A stretch of 27,882 nucleotides of DNA. Origin: Candidatus Thorarchaeota archaeon (GTDB lineage Archaea > Asgardarchaeota > Thorarchaeia > Thorarchaeales > Thorarchaeaceae). The notes beneath the pieces are model-generated. The model was not told the origin of the DNA. It ran no database searches and worked only from the letters and a program-made list of their open reading frames with translations. The stretch lies in NCBI GenBank assembly GCA_011364905.1, contig RDNZ01000039.1:1-27882 (forward strand), read 5' to 3'. Positions 26,070 to 27,882 of this stretch are shown here, piece after piece (positions within the stretch are counted from its first letter, which is position 1; every line of letters begins with the position of its first letter). Position numbers and translations under genes: made by a program.

Positions 26070-27395
26070 GTGAAAATGCAAGCTCTGTTGCCTCCTCCGG
26101 ACTTAATCGCTAAAATCCTACTGGGATTTGTTGTTGGAGCCTTGATTGGCCTTGAAAGGCAGAAGAAACTGGATGCAGAGCGCGTTGTTGGTGTGAGATC
26201 TTTTGGATTACACAGCTTGTTGGGAACACTCTCCGCTTATTCAACAGGTATCCTTCAAGAGCCTGTTATTCTAATCTATTCAGTCGTGATATCTGTCATT
26301 CTCGTTGCCTCACAAGTCTATTACAAGCTGTTCAGGTTGACGGGCAAGGGACTGACGACGCCCTTGGTTTTCGCAATTTCATTCATTCTTGGTGTAGTAG
26401 TGGGATTGGATGAGCCACAAGGTGGACTTCCCTTTGGCACACAGAGTGTGCTGGCGATGACGGTTTCATTCGGCGTGTTCTTAGTTCTATGGTTCAAAGA
26501 TGAACTTGCTCATGCTGTAGAAGTCATTACACGTGACGAGATGATAAGTGCAGTAGAGCTAGGAGTCATCATCCTGTTTCTTTGGCCCTTAATCCCAGCT
26601 ACCATAATGATTGGTCCAATCGTATATCCTCTACTCACAATTTACTTCTTGATTGTAATCCTTCTTGCCATCAGTTTTGCAAACTACTTGCTTGTCAAGA
26701 AGTACAAAGACAAAGGAGTCTACTTCTTCGGCTTCTTTGGTGGATTAGCAAGTAGTGAAGCAGCAGTCACGAGTGTAACACACTTCTACGTGAACTCAGA
26801 AAGGAAAGGTTCTGGAAAGATATCGCTATCTGTGGTATTGGCAAATGTTGCAATGGTGGTTCGTAATGGCTTCCTCCTCATAATTCTGGACACTTCGTTC
26901 AGGCTTATTTGGTTGTACTTGATTCCAATCGTAGCCATTCTAGTGTTCAGTTTGGTTCGAGTAGTCATTGAGGAAAAATCAGAAGACAACCCTGATGGAC
27001 AAATGTTTGACACAAAGTTGGTCTCTCCATTCGAATTTGGAGCTGCCCTACGTTTTGCAGCTATCTTTGCAGTGGTCTATCTTGTACAACTTGCCCTCAC
27101 AACAACATTCAGTGATCTAGGTGTGATTGTGGCTGCGATATTGGGTGGTTTTGTTTCTGCAGGAGCTGTTGTTGCAAGTGTAGCCACATTGTTCTTCGGA
27201 GGACAGATTACACTCTCGTTTGCGGCGTATGCAGTGATTCTTGCATCCACGACGTCTGTGTTCAACAAAATGATGTTTGTGTATCTGACAGACCGGCAGA
27301 CAGGACTACTGAAGAAGGTGGCAAGAGATTCTGCGATTATTGGGGGATTCTTCATAATCTACCTATTGGCACTGTCAATGGGTCTATTTCCGTAG
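26070..27395 (+). CDS. MgtC/SapB family membrane protein with DUF4010 domain
   Basis: GALIGLERQ, GVRSF and GLTT (MgtC N-terminus); GGLASSEAAV and SPFEFGAALRFA (DUF4010). Confidence 0.88.
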   Translation: MKMQALLPPPDLIAKILLGFVVGALIGLERQKKLDAERVVGVRSFGLHSLLGTLSAYSTGILQEPVILIYSVVISVILVASQVYYKLFRLTGKGLTTPLVFAISFILGVVVGLDEPQGGLPFGTQSVLAMTVSFGVFLVLWFKDELAHAVEVITRDEMISAVELGVIILFLWPLIPATIMIGPIVYPLLTIYFLIVILLAISFANYLLVKKYKDKGVYFFGFFGGLASSEAAVTSVTHFYVNSERKGSGKISLSVVLANVAMVVRNGFLLIILDTSFRLIWLYLIPIVAILVFSLVRVVIEEKSEDNPDGQMFDTKLVSPFEFGAALRFAAIFAVVYLVQLALTTTFSDLGVIVAAILGGFVSAGAVVASVATLFFGGQITLSFAAYAVILASTTSVFNKMMFVYLTDRQTGLLKKVARDSAIIGGFFIIYLLALSMGLFP

Positions 27396-27542
27396 TTCAG
27401 CACAAGACTTAAAGTGGAATTAGATAGAGTCGCTGTTGGTGACAAATGTGATAGTTGGTGGATTTGTTCATCCAATTGAGTAGTTGTAGTGGAACCACCA
27501 CAATCCTTGCTTGTGACCGATACGAATTCTGGAGGATTTGCG

Positions 27543-27882
27543 ATGAGTGAGATGAGAACAGTAAGGGGCATGAGAGACCTAATGGGTCCAGAAATGCAGG
27601 TCAAGAACTACCTCATATCTACCGCAGTGGAGATTTTTGAGCAGTACGGATATGAACCCCTAGACTCACCTGCGATGGAACTCTGGGAAACACTATCGGC
27701 AAAAGGTGGGGAAGAGGTCGAAGCTGAAACTTTCAAGTTCACTGATAAGGGTGATCGAGAAGTAGGATTGAGATTCGATCTCACCGTACCTCTAGCACGG
27801 ATTGTTGCCACAAATCCCCATTTACCAAAACCATTCAAACGCTATGCGACGGGGAAAGCATGGAGGTATGACAGGCCGCAAG
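27543..27882 (+). CDS. hisS: Histidyl-tRNA synthetase, 5' part (runs off window end)
   Basis: Not in the ORF track. Reads MSEMRTVRGMRDL...FEQYGYEPLDSPAME...FKFTDKGDREVGLRFDLTVPLAR...KPFKRY...WRYDRPQ; SD GGAGG at 27531. Confidence 0.95.
   Translation, partial: MSEMRTVRGMRDLMGPEMQVKNYLISTAVEIFEQYGYEPLDSPAMELWETLSAKGGEEVEAETFKFTDKGDREVGLRFDLTVPLARIVATNPHLPKPFKRYATGKAWRYDRPQ

Noticed and set aside
27396-27542. Possible structured or attenuator-like leader before hisS
   Set aside because: Only short (about 5 bp) imperfect stems; no His-rich leader peptide or T-box motif seen.
1-27882. tRNA, rRNA, CRISPR arrays, transposases/integrases, Sec/Pyl read-through
   Set aside because: No cloverleaf, spaced repeats, mobility motifs or truncated domains continuing past TGA/TAG were seen by eye. 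Intergenic gaps are short; tRNAscan-SE/Infernal would be needed to exclude small RNAs.

Overview
A gene-dense, mostly housekeeping archaeal chromosome segment. Archaeal origin is supported by an archaeal-type SAM synthetase, a group II chaperonin, Rpo6, an Ard1/Naa10-type acetyltransferase and AK6/Fap7. The number of eukaryote-like proteins suggests an Asgard archaeon (Thorarchaeia-like), but this is inference only. It holds about 28 CDS: an ion-homeostasis block (DUF47 3' end, CPA1 antiporter, type IIA P-type ATPase, HdeD-like protein), an HTH-CBS regulator divergent from SAM synthetase, an M3A oligopeptidase, a flippase-like protein, a PIG-V-like GT-C glycosyltransferase, an RNase Z-like MBL hydrolase, an SPFH-zinc ribbon protein, an orphan N6-adenine methyltransferase, an AK6 / N-acetyltransferase / DUF89 / thermosome / Rpo6 block, an MgtC-DUF4010 protein and the 5' end of hisS. 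I saw no rRNA, tRNA, CRISPR array or mobile element. The most notable signals are: (1) a 218-aa 'hypothetical' protein whose motifs match eukaryotic CINP/C1orf109, the AAA-ATPase adaptors of the SPATA5 complex; (2) RNA polymerase subunit Rpo6 fused to an N-terminal (HhH)2 domain; (3) a 17-bp palindrome with perfect 8-bp arms in the HTH-CBS / SAM-synthetase divergon, suggesting an adenosyl/SAM-sensing regulatory circuit. All family assignments were made by eye from motifs; no database searches were run.
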